A stretch of 64,000 nucleotides of DNA from an uncultured bacterium (GTDB taxonomy: Bacteria > Edwardsbacteria > AC1 > EtOH8): positions 96,001 through 160,000 of the forward strand of contig CAWAAX010000009.1 of assembly GCA_963780225.1 (NCBI GenBank). The letters are read 5' to 3'. Shown piece by piece: positions 61,279 through 64,000 of the stretch (its first letter is position 1; the number at the start of each line of letters is the position of its first letter). The notes under the pieces were generated by a model. That model searched no databases, was not told where the DNA came from, and saw nothing but the letters and a program-made list of their open reading frames with translations. Both the position numbers and the translations under genes were made by a program.

Positions 61279-62490
61279 ATGCTGAGCGATGAATTGCTGA
61301 AACCGCTGCTGGTCTCCAACAACAAAAAAATAGTGTTGATAGTGGCCGACGGTTTGGGCGGCCTGCCCATGGAATCCGGCGGAAAGACGGAGTTGGAGAC
61401 GGCCGTTAAACCCAATATGGACGCGCTGGCCGCCAGATCCTGCCTGGGACAGACCGTGCCGATCTCGCTGGGGATCACTCCTGGTTCGGGCCCGGCTCAC
61501 CTGGCCCTATTCGGCTACGATCCAATAAAATACCAGATCGGCCGGGGAGTTTTGGAATCCTTAGGGATCGGGTTGGAGATGACGCCCAAGGACGTGGCGG
61601 CCCGGGCCAACTTTGCCACGGTCAATTCCGACGGCATCATCACCGACCGCCGGGCCGGGCGGATCCCCACCGAGAAGAACATGGAACTGTGCGCTAAGCT
61701 TCAGGCGGCCATCAAAACGATAGACAACGTGGAAATTATCATCCGCCACGGCAAGGAGCACCGTTTCGTGGTGCTGTTCCGGGGCAATAATCTCAGCGGA
61801 GAGCTGGCCGATACCGATCCCCAGCACGAGGGTCTCAAGGCATACCGAACCCGCTATTTGTGTTCCAAGGGCCGGTCCACCGCCCTGATCGTGGACAAGT
61901 TCGTGGCCATGGCCAACGAGGTGCTGAAGAACGAGAGCCCGGCCAATACCGTCTTATTACGGGGCTTCGCTAAGCACCCCGACATTCCCTCGATGTACGA
62001 CCGCTTTGGGCTCAAGACCGCGGCCATCGCCGCCTATCCTATGTACAAGGGGCTGGCCAAGCTGGTGGGCATGACCGAGCTGGAGACCGGGCCTTCCATC
62101 GAGGAGGAATTCAAGACCCTGGACCGGAACTACGACAAATTCGATTTCTTCTACATCCACGTCAAGAAGACCGACAGCTACGGCGAGGACGGAAACTTTG
62201 CGGCCAAGGTCAAGGTGATAGAGGAGCTGGACGCGGCCCTGCCCCTGGTGACCAAGCTCAATCCCGACGTGCTGGTGATCACCGGCGATCACTCCACCCC
62301 GGCCCGGCTGAAGGGACACAGCTGGCACCCCAATCCCTTCCTGCTTTATTCGCCCTATGTCCGGACCGAGGGGTTCACCGCTTTCAGCGAACAGAACTGC
62401 GCCAAGGGCAGCCTGGGCTGTTTACAGTCGGCCTCGGCCATGCCGTTAATGCTGGCTAATGCGCTGAAATTAGATAAGTTCGGGGCGTAA
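61279..62490 (+). CDS. apgM: 2,3-bisphosphoglycerate-independent phosphoglycerate mutase, archaeal type
   Basis: DGLGG, PGSGPAHL.LFGYDP, DRRAGRI, TGDHSTP, HSWHP; RBS GGAGG before ATG 61279. Confidence 0.92.
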   Translation: MLSDELLKPLLVSNNKKIVLIVADGLGGLPMESGGKTELETAVKPNMDALAARSCLGQTVPISLGITPGSGPAHLALFGYDPIKYQIGRGVLESLGIGLEMTPKDVAARANFATVNSDGIITDRRAGRIPTEKNMELCAKLQAAIKTIDNVEIIIRHGKEHRFVVLFRGNNLSGELADTDPQHEGLKAYRTRYLCSKGRSTALIVDKFVAMANEVLKNESPANTVLLRGFAKHPDIPSMYDRFGLKTAAIAAYPMYKGLAKLVGMTELETGPSIEEEFKTLDRNYDKFDFFYIHVKKTDSYGEDGNFAAKVKVIEELDAALPLVTKLNPDVLVITGDHSTPARLKGHSWHPNPFLLYSPYVRTEGFTAFSEQNCAKGSLGCLQSASAMPLMLANALKLDKFGA

Positions 62491-62496
62491 TTATTA

Positions 62497-62569
62497 GCCA
62501 CGGAGACACCCTTCGATAAACACTTCGTCCGGGCTCAGTGCAACGCTCAGGGTAAACTTCGACACAGAG
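62497..62569. repeat. Triple-nested repeat
   Basis: GCCACGGAGACA[CCCTTCGATAAA[CACTTCGTCCGGGCTCAGTGCAAC]GCTCAGGGTAAA]CTTCGACACAGAG. Confidence 0.75.
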
Positions 62570-62603
62570 AATGGTAATTTAAAACTCTTCGAAAGATAAT
62601 ATC

Positions 62604-63839
62604 ATGGCCAAACCAACCATCATCCACGCCACCACCCTTTACGACGGCCTGCACAAGCGCAATAATGTCTACCTGGCGGTGGAAGGCGACAAGGTCACAG
62701 AACTCTCCACCAAAAAAGCCAAGGCCGACGCCGAGGGCATAGTCACCCCAGCCTTCATAGATGCCCACTCGCACATCGGCATGCACCGGGCCGGCGAGCC
62801 CGGCGACGAGGGCGAATCCAACGACATCCTGGACCAGTTTTTGGCCAACAACGATCCGCTGGACAGCGTCTACTTTGATGATCCGGCCTTTGCCGAGGCG
62901 GTGGACTTCGGGGTGCTTTACAGCTGCATCGTGCCGGGGTCGGGCAACCTGGTGGGCGGGCGGGCCATGATCATCAAAAACTTTGCCGCTAACCGGGGCC
63001 AGGCCCTGCTCAAGGAATATGGCTTTAAGATGGCCCTGGGCTATAACCCCCGCTCCACCGGCGAATGGAAGGGGCTGCGTCCCAACACCCGGATGGGCAT
63101 CTACAGCATGCTGGAAAAGAAGTTCGACCTGGTGCTGGCCAAGAAACAGAAGGCCGACCTGGCCCGCCAGCGCAAGCTGAGGGAGCTGGAACAGAAGGTG
63201 CGGGACAAGGACAGCAAGCTGAGCGCCCGGGAAATCGAGGATCAGAAGCAGATGACGGAGCAGGAATACGTGCTGGAGTTTGACACCGAGGAAAAGGCCC
63301 TGCTGGAGCTGCTGCTGGACAAGAAGACCGCCAAGGTCCACGTCCACAAGGAAGATGACGTGCTGTATCTGATAGAACTGGTGAAAAAATACAAGCTGAC
63401 GGTGACCGCCGACCACCTGGGCGACGTCCACCACAAGGAGATCTTCGACCAGCTGGCGGACAACAACATCCCCATCGTCTACGGGCCGCTGGGCAGCCTG
63501 CCCTACAAGGTGGAACTGCGCAACGAGCATTACCGGAACGCCGAAATGCTGATGAGGTCAAAGGCCTTTTACGGCCTGATGACCGACCACCCGGTGATAA
63601 TGACCCCGGCCCTGCGCGACAGCCTGAAGTACTTTTTGATCCAGGGGATGAAGGAAGAGGAGGCCATCGGGATGATCACCTTAAAGAACGCCAAGATACT
63701 GGGCATCGACGACAAGCTGGGTTCCCTTGAGCCCGGCAAGCTGGCCAGTCTGGTGGTCTGGGACAAGGATCCTTTGCACCTGGGGGCCTTCCCGCGGCTG
63801 GTGATGGCCGAGGGAAAAGTGATAAGGAAACAGAAATAA
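62604..63839 (+). CDS. Amidohydrolase family protein
   Basis: PAFIDAHSHIG, KMALGYNP, TDHP, GSLEPGKLA. Confidence 0.9.
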   Translation: MAKPTIIHATTLYDGLHKRNNVYLAVEGDKVTELSTKKAKADAEGIVTPAFIDAHSHIGMHRAGEPGDEGESNDILDQFLANNDPLDSVYFDDPAFAEAVDFGVLYSCIVPGSGNLVGGRAMIIKNFAANRGQALLKEYGFKMALGYNPRSTGEWKGLRPNTRMGIYSMLEKKFDLVLAKKQKADLARQRKLRELEQKVRDKDSKLSAREIEDQKQMTEQEYVLEFDTEEKALLELLLDKKTAKVHVHKEDDVLYLIELVKKYKLTVTADHLGDVHHKEIFDQLADNNIPIVYGPLGSLPYKVELRNEHYRNAEMLMRSKAFYGLMTDHPVIMTPALRDSLKYFLIQGMKEEEAIGMITLKNAKILGIDDKLGSLEPGKLASLVVWDKDPLHLGAFPRLVMAEGKVIRKQK

Positions 63840-63857
63840 TACCTTCCTAACAATCTT

Positions 63858-63928
63858 AACCGCGAAGACGCTAAGTACGCGAAGCCAATTTTAAATAAAC
63901 CCTTGGCGTCCTTTGCGCTTTGGCGTTT
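63858..63928. repeat. ~9-bp-periodic inverted-repeat element
   Basis: AACCGCGAAGACGCTAAGTACGCGAAG ... CTTGGCGTCCTTTGCGCTTTGGCGTTT. Confidence 0.65.
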
Positions 63929-64000
63929 ATAAAAAACCTAAAAAAGTATGTCTGAAACCAAGAGCCTCATAATCTACGAAATTTTGGAAACCAACTAAGG

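Overview
Bacterial chromosomal window, moderately GC-rich, with about 50 CDS and 2 tRNAs (Val-CAC, Leu-CAG). The organism is probably a diderm FCB-adjacent candidate-phylum bacterium; this is an inference from T9SS-like C-terminal domains, DUF4388, archaeal-type apgM and a GGR. Content: tandem pilT genes, HD-GYP and two-component signalling, cobO-tldD-pmbA, a transglutaminase/ABC operon, an OMP plus lipoprotein pair, deoB-cdd-yajC-def-tsaC/phosphatase, recF-dciA-gyrB-gyrA, a large class III cyclase-like protein next to a diguanylate cyclase, smpB, glycosyltransferases, spoIID, an ExeA-like ATPase, a PHP protein, apgM and an amidohydrolase. I saw no transposase, integrase, CRISPR array or rRNA. 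The most striking signal is non-coding: many intergenic gaps hold short structured repeats, nested inside each other. A 24-bp element (N4-TCG-N5-RCTC-N4'-tail) with a co-varying stem appears inserted into other repeats, into itself at a fixed position, and apparently in frame into a CDS. Three genes carry +1 frameshifts that are probably sequencing errors.
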